From the NCBI GenBank assembly GCA_963667805.1, contig OY764016.1, positions 1,874,725 to 1,938,724 on the forward strand: a stretch of DNA of 64,000 nucleotides. The letters are read 5' to 3'. How positions within the stretch are numbered: position 1 is the first letter of the stretch; each line of letters starts with the position of its first letter. Source of the stretch: Candidatus Poribacteria bacterium. GTDB lineage: Bacteria > Poribacteria > WGA-4E > WGA-3G. Shown here piece by piece: positions 19,616 through 29,721 of the stretch. The position numbers and the translations under genes are program-made. The notes under the pieces were generated by a model. It saw only the letters and a program-made list of their open reading frames with translations, was not told the origin of the DNA and made no database searches.

Positions 19616-20634
19616 GTGGCTTCATTTCCGACTCGAATGCGTGGGTCAAAGTAGGCATACAGCATATCCACGATAAGATTAACGAGCATAAAGATCGATG
19701 CGACGAAAAGCACACCCCCTTGCACCGCACGAACGTCACGCGCTTCGACAGCGGCACGTAGCCATGAACCGAGTCCGGGCCAGGAGAAGATGTGCTCGGT
19801 TAAGATCGCGCCGCCTAACAAATAGCCGAATTCTAAGCCAATAATTGTCAGAACGGGCACCATACTGTTTTTCATTGCATGTTTACTAATAACCTTCCAC
19901 CGCGGCAAGCCTTTCGCATAAGCGGTTGTAATGTAAGGCTGGTTCAGCACTTCAAGGAGGCTGGATCGGGTCATGCGTGCGATAATTGCTAACGGAATCG
20001 TGCCTAACGTTATCGCGGGGAGGATCAGGTGCGCGACGGCGTTGCGAAAGGCGGTGAAGTTTCCAGTAAGCAGGGTGTCAATAAGATAAAAACCCGTGCG
20101 CGCCTGGACATCTAAATCCAATACAACATCCAGGCGTCCTGTGCTCGGCAGTATCGGCAGGAAATATGAGAAAAGCAGGATGAGCATTAATCCCAACCAG
20201 AAGATCGGCATAGAGATACCCGCGAGGGATATTGACATGGAGAAATAGTCCAAAAATGTTCCACGCGAGACCGCAGCGATGATACCCGCCGCAATACCGA
20301 ACAGGATCGAAAATGCCATTGCTGCGAGGGTCAGTTCAGCCGTTGCTGGGAAATAGCGTTTGATTTCTTCAATAACGGGTTGCTTCGTTTTAAAAGAGCG
20401 TCCGAAGTCGAGGTGTGCGACATCCCATAAGAATTTGGCGTATTGGTGATACAAAGGCTTATCGAGTCCCATCTCTGCTCGGAGTTCAGTGAGTGCCTTT
20501 TCAGTTGCGCGTTCCCCCAGAATAGCGACGGCGGCATCGCCGGGTATGAGATGCACCATCAGGAACACAAGGAGCGATACCGCCAAAAGGGATAAGCCGA
20601 TCGAAAGAAAGCGTTGAAGGAGATACGAGAGCAA
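19612..20634 (-). CDS. ABC transporter permease, DppB/OppB type
   Basis: 340 aa with a typical DppB N-terminus MLSYLLQRFLSIGLSLLAVSLLVFLMVHLIPGD. Confidence 0.8.
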   Translation of the reverse strand: MLSYLLQRFLSIGLSLLAVSLLVFLMVHLIPGDAAVAILGERATEKALTELRAEMGLDKPLYHQYAKFLWDVAHLDFGRSFKTKQPVIEEIKRYFPATAELTLAAMAFSILFGIAAGIIAAVSRGTFLDYFSMSISLAGISMPIFWLGLMLILLFSYFLPILPSTGRLDVVLDLDVQARTGFYLIDTLLTGNFTAFRNAVAHLILPAITLGTIPLAIIARMTRSSLLEVLNQPYITTAYAKGLPRWKVISKHAMKNSMVPVLTIIGLEFGYLLGGAILTEHIFSWPGLGSWLRAAVEARDVRAVQGGVLFVASIFMLVNLIVDMLYAYFDPRIRVGNEAT

Positions 20635-20655
20635 GAGTCGAACCTTAGTTAGAAA

Positions 20656-21498
20656 TTAGAAAAATGGGTTGTGTGCTTTTTCTTCCCCTACGGTGGTGGA
20701 GGGACCGTGTCCCGGAAAGAGCCTAACCTCGTCTGGAAGGGACAACAGATTGTCTCGAACGCTGTCGATTTCATCCTGAAGGGAGATGTTAGGACCCCCG
20801 ACTGAGCCAGCGAAAATGGCATCGCCAACGAACGCTATGTTCTCTGCGATGAAGCTACATCCGCCGGGTGTATGTCCGGGTGTATTGACGACGGTTACCG
20901 TGAGTTCACCGACGGTAAGGGTATCTCCGTGTGCGACCTCGCGTAATCTCGTTTCGCTCCGCGGTTTCGGTTCATCCGTATGGATGTAAGTTTCGCATCC
21001 AGTAGCGGTCTGGATCTTTGGCAACCCGTCGGTATGATCGCTGTGGGCGTGGGTCAAAAGAATCGCTGTAGGCTTCACAGGACGCGCCGCTAACTGTTCC
21101 AAGATAAGATCAGGATGTGCAGCGGTATCGACAATCGCAGCGGCATGGGTCGCCTGGCAGATCAGGAGATACGCATTGACGGGCCAGCCGCCCACCGGCG
21201 CGCTGATTGTGATAACCTCAAGGGGTGAAGTACTTATCTGTTGCGGGGGTTCAGGTGCCCACGCTTCTGTCGCAATATCGAGTAGCTTGGTGCCGTCTAA
21301 ATTTAGGACTTCGGCGAGCCGAAGGACTTGCGTTTCTGTCGGTTTTAAGGTATACTGTTCCATACGAGAAAGTTCTGTCTCTGTGATACCTGCCGCAGTA
21401 GCGATTTGGCTGTGAGACAAGTCTTGCCCGCGTCGGGCTTTGCCGATGATGTCACCGAATTCGTCTTCAAGTGCATAAGCCATAGTAGTATTCTCCAA
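20656..21498 (-). CDS. XRE-family HTH domain fused to MBL-fold metallo-hydrolase (glyoxalase II-like)
   Basis: N-terminal HTH (LSHSQIATAAGITETELSRMEQ). C-terminal THAHSDHTDG metal-binding motif and downstream H and D ligands. Confidence 0.65.
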   Translation of the reverse strand: MENTTMAYALEDEFGDIIGKARRGQDLSHSQIATAAGITETELSRMEQYTLKPTETQVLRLAEVLNLDGTKLLDIATEAWAPEPPQQISTSPLEVITISAPVGGWPVNAYLLICQATHAAAIVDTAAHPDLILEQLAARPVKPTAILLTHAHSDHTDGLPKIQTATGCETYIHTDEPKPRSETRLREVAHGDTLTVGELTVTVVNTPGHTPGGCSFIAENIAFVGDAIFAGSVGGPNISLQDEIDSVRDNLLSLPDEVRLFPGHGPSTTVGEEKAHNPFF

Positions 21499-21583
21499 TA
21501 GTTATTGATTTAAGGAACATTGTAGCAAAAAATTCGGTATAATACAATTGAAAACAGCGGACACCCAAACAGGAGGCATTCTG

Positions 21584-22156
21584 ATGGACATCCCGAAAAA
21601 CGGTTATGAACAAGCGGCAATATCCCTCGCTCCTATAAAAACCGATATGACGTTAGATGAATTTTGCCAATCCGACTTGGAGGGATATGAATACGTGAAG
21701 GGAGAATTGGTACCTATGGCACCACCGACAATGGAGCACGGTGATATCAGTATGAGTCTTAGCTTACTTTTAGGTGTTTACATTCGTGAAAATGAGTTGG
21801 GACGTTTATATCCTGCGGATACAGACTTTAAATTAGGGGACCGATTGGTTAAACCCGATATTGCGTTTGTTTCAACAGCGAGATTGCCTGAGAACAGACG
21901 CCAAGCATCCCCTGTAGCACCGGATCTGGCGGTTGAAGTTGTCTCACCGACAGATATTCAGTATCGTGTTGTCGAAAAGGCGTTTGCCTATCTCAACGCT
22001 GGCACGCGACTCGTCTGGATTGTTGAACCTGTGGGAAAGACGATAACCGTGTACCGCTCCAAAACAGATATCAAAGTGCTTACGCGCGAAGATACACTTA
22101 CGGGTGAGGATGTTGTTGAAGGGTTTTCGTGTCACGTCGCAGAACTTTTTGAATAG
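21584..22156 (+). CDS. Uma2-family (DUF820) putative restriction-endonuclease-like protein, copy 1
   Basis: GGAGG RBS. Conserved YEYVKGEL, PDIAFVS and PDLAVEVVSP motifs. Confidence 0.7.
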   Translation: MDIPKNGYEQAAISLAPIKTDMTLDEFCQSDLEGYEYVKGELVPMAPPTMEHGDISMSLSLLLGVYIRENELGRLYPADTDFKLGDRLVKPDIAFVSTARLPENRRQASPVAPDLAVEVVSPTDIQYRVVEKAFAYLNAGTRLVWIVEPVGKTITVYRSKTDIKVLTREDTLTGEDVVEGFSCHVAELFE

Positions 22157-22198
22157 ATACACCTAAGACAGGGTCAATTAATGAGGGAGGAACAGGAG

Positions 22199-22768
22199 AT
22201 GGATCCACAAAACACCCGCGAATTCAAACAAGAAATGCCCCTGCCTGAACACGGCAAGATGACGCTTGAGGAATTTCTTGAAAGTGATTTAGAGGGATAT
22301 GAATATGTAAAAGGAGAATTGATACCGATGCCAGCTGCCTCTGCGGAACACGGAATTGTCAGCGCGCGGGTTTTTCTACACTTGGGTTTGTACGTGCGCG
22401 AGAATCAACTCGGCGAGGTGGTCACTCCGGACACCGGTTTCCAGGTCGGTGAGCGTGTTCTGAAACCAGATATCGCTTTCCTTTCAACAGCACACTTGCC
22501 TGAGGACCTGAGCAAGGCATTCCCAGTGCCGCCAGATCTTGCGATTGAAGTCGTGTCCCCATCGGATGCTTTTCGGCGTGTCATTGAAAAAGCACTCGCC
22601 TATATCGAGGCAGGCACACAGATCGTCTGGGTGATTGAACCCGGATCAAAAACGGTAACCGTCTATCGTTCGGAAACAGACATCAAGCTACTTACGCGCG
22701 AAGATACACTTGACGGTGAAGATGTTGTCGAAGGCTTTTCGTGCCGAGTGGCACAACTTTTTGAATAA
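22199..22768 (+). CDS. Uma2-family (DUF820) putative endonuclease, copy 2 (tandem paralog)
   Basis: About 65% identical to copy 1 over the same motifs. GAGGGAGG RBS. Confidence 0.7.
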   Translation: MDPQNTREFKQEMPLPEHGKMTLEEFLESDLEGYEYVKGELIPMPAASAEHGIVSARVFLHLGLYVRENQLGEVVTPDTGFQVGERVLKPDIAFLSTAHLPEDLSKAFPVPPDLAIEVVSPSDAFRRVIEKALAYIEAGTQIVWVIEPGSKTVTVYRSETDIKLLTREDTLDGEDVVEGFSCRVAQLFE

Positions 22769-22777
22769 GGAGATTTT

Positions 22778-23536
22778 ATGAAACTTGGTTTAGTTACATA
22801 TAATATGGCAAAAGATTGGGATGTCCCAACAATCATCGAAAACTGCGTAGAAACGGGGTTCTCAGGTGTGGAATTGCGGACGACGCATGCCCACGGCGTT
22901 GAGGTCGACCTTTCGGCAAGTGAACGGGCGGCGGTAAAACAACAGTTCGCTGACTCTCCAATCGAGATTGCCGGTTTGGGATCGGCGTATGACTATCATG
23001 CCACCGATCAAGCAGTGGTTCGCCGGAATATAGCAGGAACGAAGGCGTATTCTCAACTCGCAGCGGATGTCGGAGCACCCGGCGTAAAGGTGCGTCCCAA
23101 TGGGCTTCCCAACGAAGTTCCCGTCGAAAAGACGTTGGAACAGATCGGGTTGGCATTGCGCGAGTGTGGCGAATTTGCCGCAGACCTCGGTGTTGAGATT
23201 CGGTTAGAAGTCCACGGGGGTGGCACCTCTGAACTCCCGCATATCCGCACGATTATTGATGTCGCTGACCACGAGAACGTCTACGTCTGCTGGAATTCTA
23301 ATTTCGGAGAGGTGGAAGACGGCTCTATACTGAATAACTTCAACTATGCGAGAGGTAGAATCGGCTTGGTGCATATCACGGAACTCCATCGGCGCGAGTA
23401 CCCGTGGCGGGAACTCTTTACATTGCTGAAAGCATCTGGATATTCCGGTTACACTTTGGCGGAGATTGCTGGAAGTTCCGATCCCATCCGTGTGATGAAT
23501 TTTTATCGGGCGTTGTGGGAAGAATTGTCAAGCTAA
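22778..23536 (+). CDS. sugar phosphate isomerase/epimerase (xylose isomerase-like TIM barrel)
   Basis: 252 aa with the typical AP_endonuc_2-like pattern: LGLVTYN...GFSGVELRTTHAHGV, and E/H metal ligands. Confidence 0.7.
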   Translation: MKLGLVTYNMAKDWDVPTIIENCVETGFSGVELRTTHAHGVEVDLSASERAAVKQQFADSPIEIAGLGSAYDYHATDQAVVRRNIAGTKAYSQLAADVGAPGVKVRPNGLPNEVPVEKTLEQIGLALRECGEFAADLGVEIRLEVHGGGTSELPHIRTIIDVADHENVYVCWNSNFGEVEDGSILNNFNYARGRIGLVHITELHRREYPWRELFTLLKASGYSGYTLAEIAGSSDPIRVMNFYRALWEELSS

Positions 23537-23557
23537 TTTGAATGAGGATAGATACCG

Positions 23558-25879
23558 TTGTCCAAGATACTATTTCGCATTTCGTTATCTATAGGGATGT
23601 TTCTGCTGACATCTATCGGTATGAGTGACACACTTGAAAGCGTTCGTTTCAGCAACGCCGTTTGGGACGTTGAAATCTTTCCGCAGTCGCTTGCCGTGAA
23701 TGTCTATCCTGCGGGGACGGACCTAACAGTTCGGATTTCATCGGGTCAGATAGGATTGGGTCCTGTGACGGATGTTTCTCATGAAGGCAACGGTATCAGT
23801 TGGAGACTGCCGGAACGCGCCGTTACCGTTTATGTTGTATCGCTAAAGGATTCGCTAACGATTGAATTCATTCAAGACGATCCCGCAAACGACACGCAAA
23901 ATTTCACGTGGCCCGTTATTGAAAATACTGAATCCATCCACGGCTATATTTTTCCCTTTTTTGAGGGGAGTTACGTCCCGAAAGATGACCTCACATGGCG
24001 AGATTTTTTGCGCGATCGGGGACCGATAAACACAACAGCGGGTCTCTCTATGCCGTTTTGGGGCTTGGATCTCGGTGAGAGAACACTTACCTATATTCTG
24101 ACAAATCCGTTCAACAATCAAATCCATTTCAGTGAGACGGAAACGTCTGACTTAGGTATGCGGGTATCACACGCCTTCACGTCGAATTGGGAACAGAAAA
24201 GGTATGGGATGCGTCTTTCACTCGGTTCAGCATCACCGATTGAACCTGCGAAACAGTATCGGCAGTGGTTGATTGAGAAGGGTGAATTCGTTTCATTTGC
24301 TGAAAAGATCGAAAAGGTTCCAGCGGCGGAAAAATTGCTCGGTGCGGCGCACATCTACCTCTGGAACGGCAAACTTCTCAGTCAATACGATGTAACGGAT
24401 TGGAAGGCGTTTGCAACAAGACTGAGCGGCAATAGCGTCGTGGCAAAACAACTCTGGACGCAACTCAACACAGAGATGCAAGGAATTGTCCGAGACATTG
24501 CGCAGTCAGATTATGCCTCTACCCACAGCCGACGCGTTGTGAGTCGGGCATTCAGTGAACACCTTGAGAAACCCGGTTTTTATGATGCCGCTGCGTGGAC
24601 AGAGATTCCGCTTGGGTCAGAAATAGAGGTGTTGCTTTCACGAGATGTATCCACACTGTCGCTTCCAGAAATTTACCGACGGAACTGCCTGCTGCTTCAC
24701 GCAGCGTTCCCCGACACACTCCGGCATCCAGACGCATGGGGGGACGGTCCCTCTGTGAAACTCCTGGAGCGGTTTGCTGAGAGTGGATTGGACAGACTTT
24801 GGCTCGGTGTGGATTCATGGCAGGACGGATTTCGGCACCCGACTGCCGTCGCGAAGGCGAGAGAACTCGGTTATCTGATTGGACCCTACGATTCTTATCA
24901 TAGTATCCATCACCCTAACGAAAAGGATACATGGGAAACGGCACAGTTTGACCTGTCGCTTTATGAGACGGGTGCGATTGTCAACGCAGATGGCACGAAG
25001 AATCGGGGGTTTAAAAAGAAGGGGTATCACTTAAGTCCACTCATTGCGCAACCTTATGTTGAAGATCGCGTCAATGGCATCGTTGCACAGATGCCAATGG
25101 ACTTCAATACGTGGTTCATCGACTGCGACGCTTACGGTGAACTCTTTGACGATTATTCGCCATCCCATCCTGCAACGCAATTAGATGATATGAACGCACG
25201 ACTTGCCCGTATCGCATGGATTCGGGACATGCACAAGATGGTTGTCGGTTCAGAAGGCGGTGCTGCCTATTCTGCGGCGGTGCTTCACTTCGCGCACGGG
25301 ATGACGACCCCTGTCATCGGGTGGGGTGATCCTGATATGAAAGAAAAGACCTCACCTTACTATATCGGCGGGTACTGGCCCCCCGAGGCTCCAGCAATTC
25401 ACATAAAACAGGTGCCGCTCAAACCGAACTATTTGTATCACTATTACGATCCACGTTTCCGACTCCCCCTCTACCAGATTGTGTTCCACGATTCAGTGGT
25501 CACGACGAACCATTGGCTCTCTGGAAGCCTCAAATTCGAAAATGCTATCAAGACATTAGCACTCTTAGAGTTGCTTTACAACGTCCCGCCGTTATATCAT
25601 CTGAACATGGCGGAGTTTTCAAAGCATAAAACGTGGATAAAACGACACTACGCTTTCTTTTCGCCTCTACATAGAGAAATCGGCGGTCAGACGATGACCG
25701 ATTTTGAGTGGTTGCGCGATAACCGTCAGGTCCAGCGTACCGAGTTTGGGGATGCAGTCGAAATATTTGCAAATTTCGGGACGGAGCCTTTTGTATACAA
25801 AGATGTCGTGATTCCGGGCAAAAGCGTGGTTGCGAGGTGGATTGGAACAGGTAAAATTGCGGTGTTTTCTGTGGAATAA
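23558..25879 (+). CDS. large secreted hypothetical protein (possible glycoside-hydrolase-like)
   Basis: 773 aa with TTG start and signal peptide. No confidently recognised domain. Confidence 0.45.
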   Translation: MSKILFRISLSIGMFLLTSIGMSDTLESVRFSNAVWDVEIFPQSLAVNVYPAGTDLTVRISSGQIGLGPVTDVSHEGNGISWRLPERAVTVYVVSLKDSLTIEFIQDDPANDTQNFTWPVIENTESIHGYIFPFFEGSYVPKDDLTWRDFLRDRGPINTTAGLSMPFWGLDLGERTLTYILTNPFNNQIHFSETETSDLGMRVSHAFTSNWEQKRYGMRLSLGSASPIEPAKQYRQWLIEKGEFVSFAEKIEKVPAAEKLLGAAHIYLWNGKLLSQYDVTDWKAFATRLSGNSVVAKQLWTQLNTEMQGIVRDIAQSDYASTHSRRVVSRAFSEHLEKPGFYDAAAWTEIPLGSEIEVLLSRDVSTLSLPEIYRRNCLLLHAAFPDTLRHPDAWGDGPSVKLLERFAESGLDRLWLGVDSWQDGFRHPTAVAKARELGYLIGPYDSYHSIHHPNEKDTWETAQFDLSLYETGAIVNADGTKNRGFKKKGYHLSPLIAQPYVEDRVNGIVAQMPMDFNTWFIDCDAYGELFDDYSPSHPATQLDDMNARLARIAWIRDMHKMVVGSEGGAAYSAAVLHFAHGMTTPVIGWGDPDMKEKTSPYYIGGYWPPEAPAIHIKQVPLKPNYLYHYYDPRFRLPLYQIVFHDSVVTTNHWLSGSLKFENAIKTLALLELLYNVPPLYHLNMAEFSKHKTWIKRHYAFFSPLHREIGGQTMTDFEWLRDNRQVQRTEFGDAVEIFANFGTEPFVYKDVVIPGKSVVARWIGTGKIAVFSVE

Positions 25880-25965
25880 TTAAGGTTCGACACGTACCTG
25901 AAGAAATTAAAATCTATACCGAATGCCAGACATGATTCTTTTAAACTTCCAAGGAGGTAGAACCT

Positions 25966-26304
25966 ATGTTTACGCAGAAGCTCACAGCCAGCCTCCGGTT
26001 TATAGGTATTCTGTTGCTGAGAGTTCTGCTGGGGTACGTTGTAGGTTATGTATGGTCTTTCGTTGTAGCATATCTTTTTCATATCATTATGGATGTCAGG
26101 ATCCCTCGCGACCTATTTGATTACTTCTATGATTCTGGTCCTCCCCGAGAAGGACGCTACGGTGGTAGGGCAGGCGAGGTTTACGGTTTTGCTTGGCAAA
26201 TTGGATTCAAAGGTTTCTGGGTATGGTTTGCTATCGGCATCCTCTGGGGTTTTTTGCAAGGACGGTTGGATTTGCGGAGATTAATAAGGAAGCGGCATAC
26301 TTAA
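25966..26304 (+). CDS. small integral membrane protein
   Basis: 112 aa with 3 hydrophobic helices. Strong AAGGAGG RBS. Confidence 0.45.
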   Translation: MFTQKLTASLRFIGILLLRVLLGYVVGYVWSFVVAYLFHIIMDVRIPRDLFDYFYDSGPPREGRYGGRAGEVYGFAWQIGFKGFWVWFAIGILWGFLQGRLDLRRLIRKRHT

Positions 26305-26330
26305 AACAGAATTTACCCAAAATTAGCATG

Positions 26331-26360
26331 TAACCCCCTAAATCCCCCTTATCAGGGGGA
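26331..26360. repeat. palindromic G/C motif TAACCCCCTAAATCCCCCTTATCAGGGGGA (copy 1)
   Basis: Same motif as 31596-31626, located after the stop of the small membrane protein gene. Confidence 0.6.
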
Positions 26361-26419
26361 CTGATGGATCTACTGTGTAAGTCTAAAAAAAATAAAGTCG
26401 TCCTTGGTAAAGGAAAGTT

Positions 26420-26809
26420 ATGAATCACATTGAATTTTATCAAGCGAAATTGAATTATGAGACGGATTCTTGGGATCTCTTTGAGGCACTCAATAACGGT
26501 GAACCGATCGTTGTGATAGACGCGCGTTCTCCGGAGGCGTATGCCCTTGAACATATACCAACATCAATAAATATCCCGCATCGCACAATGTCTGAGGCGA
26601 CGACACGTGAACTCGATACATCTAAAGTGTATGTAACCTACTGTGATGGTATCGGTTGCAATGCCTCCACCAAAGGTGCTCTGAATATGGCGAAATTGGG
26701 GTTTCAGGTTAAGGAATTGATGGGCGGCTTAGATTGGTGGAAACGTGATGGCTATGAAACGGAAGGCGCGCATGGGGTTTCAGGAACGGGAATTGCCTGT
26801 GGGTGTTAA
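26420..26809 (+). CDS. rhodanese-like sulfurtransferase domain protein
   Basis: 129 aa with an active-site loop YCDGIGCNAS after VVIDARSPEAY. Confidence 0.75.
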   Translation: MNHIEFYQAKLNYETDSWDLFEALNNGEPIVVIDARSPEAYALEHIPTSINIPHRTMSEATTRELDTSKVYVTYCDGIGCNASTKGALNMAKLGFQVKELMGGLDWWKRDGYETEGAHGVSGTGIACGC

Positions 26810-26883
26810 ATACAATAACCCAAGTTGTCATTGGCAGCAAAACACCCTTTTCAGAAAAATCGGTGAAAAACTTTGAATTTAAT

Positions 26884-26912
26884 TTGCAATTGCGGGTGAA
26901 ATGGTGTATAAT
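26884..26912 (+). promoter_or_regulatory. sigma-70-type promoter for tRNA-Asn (-35 TTGCAA / 17 bp / -10 TATAAT)
   Basis: Near-consensus hexamers with 17-bp spacer, 11 nt upstream of the tRNA 5' end. Confidence 0.7.
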
Positions 26913-26923
26913 TACATTAACAA

Positions 26924-26996
26924 TCCCCCATAGCTCAGTTGGTAGAGCAGATGGCTGTTAACCATCGTGTCGGCGGTTCGAGTCCGTCTGGGGGAG
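26924..26996 (+). tRNA. tRNA-Asn (anticodon GTT)
   Basis: Cloverleaf: acceptor TCCCCCA/TGGGGGA, D-arm GCTCAGTTGGTAGAGC, anticodon loop CTGTTAA, T-arm GGTTCGAGTCC. Discriminator G; CCA not encoded. Confidence 0.9.
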
Positions 26997-27005
26997 CTCT
27001 CAATT

Positions 27006-27062
27006 TTGCTGACGGGCTTCGCCACTCATTTTGGTTGTCAAGGTCCGTCAGCAAAAATTTTT
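27006..27062 (+). terminator. hairpin (10-bp stem TTGCTGACGG/CCGTCAGCAA, large loop) followed by A3T5 run downstream of tRNA-Asn
   Basis: Inverted repeat plus T-run read directly. Confidence 0.45.
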
Positions 27063-27108
27063 AACCTGTTCCTGTCCAAACTCGCCTTACTCTCCAGTGG
27101 AGGTCAAA

Positions 27109-27933
27109 ATGCCTAAGAAATTTACCGATGCTCAGCTTGATGAACTCTTAGCGAAAGGCTACTTAATTGTACCCGACTACTATTCAGGGGATCAACTTGC
27201 GGAGATGCAGGCTGCCCAACGCCGTGTACTCCCGACATGGGAAGAAGTTAAGGATGACCCGCCCCCCGGTAGAGCGACTTTGACCGAATTCCCGCCCGCT
27301 GAAATGGCTTTATTACGTGCGATCGTGGACCACGATGCCTGGGAATTCGCACGTAAGTTTCTGAAAACAGAGCATATTCACTACCGTGCTGGCTGTATGA
27401 TTGCACGCTACCCTGGATTTAAGGGACCCGGTGTCGATAGCGATCCGAGCAATTTGCACATCGATAACGGCAACAACTCACTGTTACCACAGTCCGAGAG
27501 TGCACGTGAATTCGGGCAAATCGGTTTTTGGGTACACCTTGAGGATGTTGACGCAGACCAAGCACCGCTGAGACTCCTCGCGAAGGAACACGGACGGGAT
27601 ACCTCTAAATACGAACCCCTTGTTTGTAAAGGCGGAACTGTCTGTATCTTCAATAACTATACGTTGCACTCAGCAAGCGATTATCTGCGGGAAGATGGAC
27701 AACGCTTCACATGGGGATTCGGCTTAGGACGGGCAGACCACTATTGGGAAGGCTTCCGGCACTATACAGACAAAGGTCGGAATCCAACGTTCTCGAAATT
27801 CATCGGCACGCTGACAGCGGCAGAGCGTGAGGTTTTTCGGTTCCCACCTGCTGGACATCCATACTATACGCCGCAAACGCTTCAGGCGTTAGAAGAACAG
27901 TATCCCGGCTGGAACGCCCGCGGCGAGTATTAA
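27109..27933 (+). CDS. phytanoyl-CoA dioxygenase (PhyH) family Fe(II)/2OG-type dioxygenase, copy 1
   Basis: GGAGG RBS before MPKKF. HID...H ligand pattern (NLHIDNGN, YTLHSASD). The ORF track's 27031 start is probably over-extended. Confidence 0.7.
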   Translation: MPKKFTDAQLDELLAKGYLIVPDYYSGDQLAEMQAAQRRVLPTWEEVKDDPPPGRATLTEFPPAEMALLRAIVDHDAWEFARKFLKTEHIHYRAGCMIARYPGFKGPGVDSDPSNLHIDNGNNSLLPQSESAREFGQIGFWVHLEDVDADQAPLRLLAKEHGRDTSKYEPLVCKGGTVCIFNNYTLHSASDYLREDGQRFTWGFGLGRADHYWEGFRHYTDKGRNPTFSKFIGTLTAAEREVFRFPPAGHPYYTPQTLQALEEQYPGWNARGEY

Positions 27934-29564
27934 AAAGCCGTGTTTCGGAGCGGTTCGGACATCAGCCATCCGATGACGTTGACGATGTCGTCCTGCCGGT
28001 CCTGTAGCATCACTTCGATGAGTGCAGGTTTTTCGGCAGCGAGGGCATCTCGTAACGTGTCCTTGAAATCTCCCAAATTCTCGACCCGCTCGGCATACGC
28101 ACCGAAAGACTTTGCGAATTCAACGAAATTCGGATTGAGCAGATCCGTGTCGATTGTGCGTCCTTCACACCCTTTCTGTTGAGACCCCTTAATCGCTGAC
28201 AATGCCCCGTCGTTCACCACAATCGCAACGACATTGATGCCGTATTTCATGGCGGTCGCCATTTCTACGGCTCCCATCAGGAACCCGCCGTCCCCACTGA
28301 AACAGATGACAGGTCGATCGGGATGCGCGACCTTCGCACCGATCGCCGCAGGATACGCATGTCCCAATGCGACACCGATATTCGGGTAGAGGAACGTCCT
28401 CGGATCGTAGACCGGAAATTCACCGAAAGAGGCGTAACCGAGCGCATGGACATCGATGGCGTAGATGGTATCTCGTGGTAGCACGTCCTGCAGCTCATGA
28501 ATGACCGGCAACGGGGGTTGGGCATCGAATGCCTGTCGGAGTTGTGCCAGTGTTTCATCCCACCCGTTTTCACCCGGGGCAACGTCCTCGATGAGTGCCT
28601 GCAACGTCAGTTTCAGATCACCCACCACACCTATATCACACGGATATTCAAGCCCGATTTCGTCGGCGTCTTCGTCTATTTGGATGAAGGGTTGTGGGAG
28701 TTCCAGACTCCAATTTCGGGTATCAATAGAGGTAAACCGCGGTCCGATCCCGATTAAACAATCCGTCCGTTGGAGTGCCTCGCGTCCGAGGTAGCCGTAG
28801 CAAATTTGGAGTGCCAACGGATGGTCCTCGGATAAAACGCCTTTTGCATTACGGGTAACAATGACGGGAGCATTCAGTTTTTCAGCGAGGAGACGCAATT
28901 CGTTTCGGGCGTTTGAGTGAAAGACAGCGGAACCCGCGAAAATCAGGGGCATCTTGGCATTTTGGATTGTTTCGACTGCGGCACTCAGGGATGCATCGTC
29001 GGGCGGGGATAATTCAGGACGTTCGACACGCGGTGGGATTCGGACATCTCCGTCTCCGGTGACGACATCCATCGGGAATTCCAGCATGGTGGGTCCCGGT
29101 CTCCCAGTGCGCATCGCTTTAAAGGCGTTTTCAATGACGACAGGAATTTCAGCGACGGTGTGTGCAATCGCGCAGTATTTGGTAATCGACTCGAAAAACC
29201 GCATCTGATCCAAGCCGTGGAACATCTTGCTCGGATGTTTGCTGTAGAGACTGGAATCGCTCTGTCCCGTAATTAGCAGGACAGGGGCACAATCCGTGAA
29301 CGCCTCTAAAATCCCCGTCGAGGCGTTGCTGGCACCCGGTCCCGGCACGGTGATAGCGACACCGGGTTCACCTGTTGCGCGCGCAAAGCCATCCGCCATC
29401 TGTGTCGCCGCATATTCATGTCGGACGAGGTAGTGGTCGATTGTGCCTTCGCCGCGTCGCAACAGGGCATCGTAGATTTGGATGTTTTGGGTGCCGGGCA
29501 TTCCGAAAACCGCCGAAACGCCTTGTGCTTTCAAACATTCAATGATTATATCTCCGCCTTTCAC
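27930..29564 (-). CDS. thiamine-pyrophosphate-dependent enzyme (acetolactate synthase large-subunit-like)
   Basis: 544 aa. N-terminal TPP_enzyme_N (GVSAVFGMPGTQNIQIYDAL). C-terminal TPP-binding GDGGF...N motif. GTG start with AAGGAG RBS. Confidence 0.8.
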   Translation of the reverse strand: MKGGDIIIECLKAQGVSAVFGMPGTQNIQIYDALLRRGEGTIDHYLVRHEYAATQMADGFARATGEPGVAITVPGPGASNASTGILEAFTDCAPVLLITGQSDSSLYSKHPSKMFHGLDQMRFFESITKYCAIAHTVAEIPVVIENAFKAMRTGRPGPTMLEFPMDVVTGDGDVRIPPRVERPELSPPDDASLSAAVETIQNAKMPLIFAGSAVFHSNARNELRLLAEKLNAPVIVTRNAKGVLSEDHPLALQICYGYLGREALQRTDCLIGIGPRFTSIDTRNWSLELPQPFIQIDEDADEIGLEYPCDIGVVGDLKLTLQALIEDVAPGENGWDETLAQLRQAFDAQPPLPVIHELQDVLPRDTIYAIDVHALGYASFGEFPVYDPRTFLYPNIGVALGHAYPAAIGAKVAHPDRPVICFSGDGGFLMGAVEMATAMKYGINVVAIVVNDGALSAIKGSQQKGCEGRTIDTDLLNPNFVEFAKSFGAYAERVENLGDFKDTLRDALAAEKPALIEVMLQDRQDDIVNVIGWLMSEPLRNTAF

Positions 29565-29721
29565 TTATGAGTCTCCTTTGTGTTCTCTGAGGAAATTTTC
29601 TAACCACGCATCGGGATCGTATCCGAATCGGCGTAAGAGTTGGCAGCCGACACGTTTGAGAAAATTAGGGATAAAATTAAAGAGTTTAAGTCGCCAATTC
29701 ATTTTTTAATTTGTTGTTCTT

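Noticed and set aside
26093-26554. ORFs 26093-26284 (+) and 26231-26554 (-) overlapping the small membrane protein and rhodanese genes
   Set aside because: Off-frame or antisense to better-supported genes with RBS; no domain signal.
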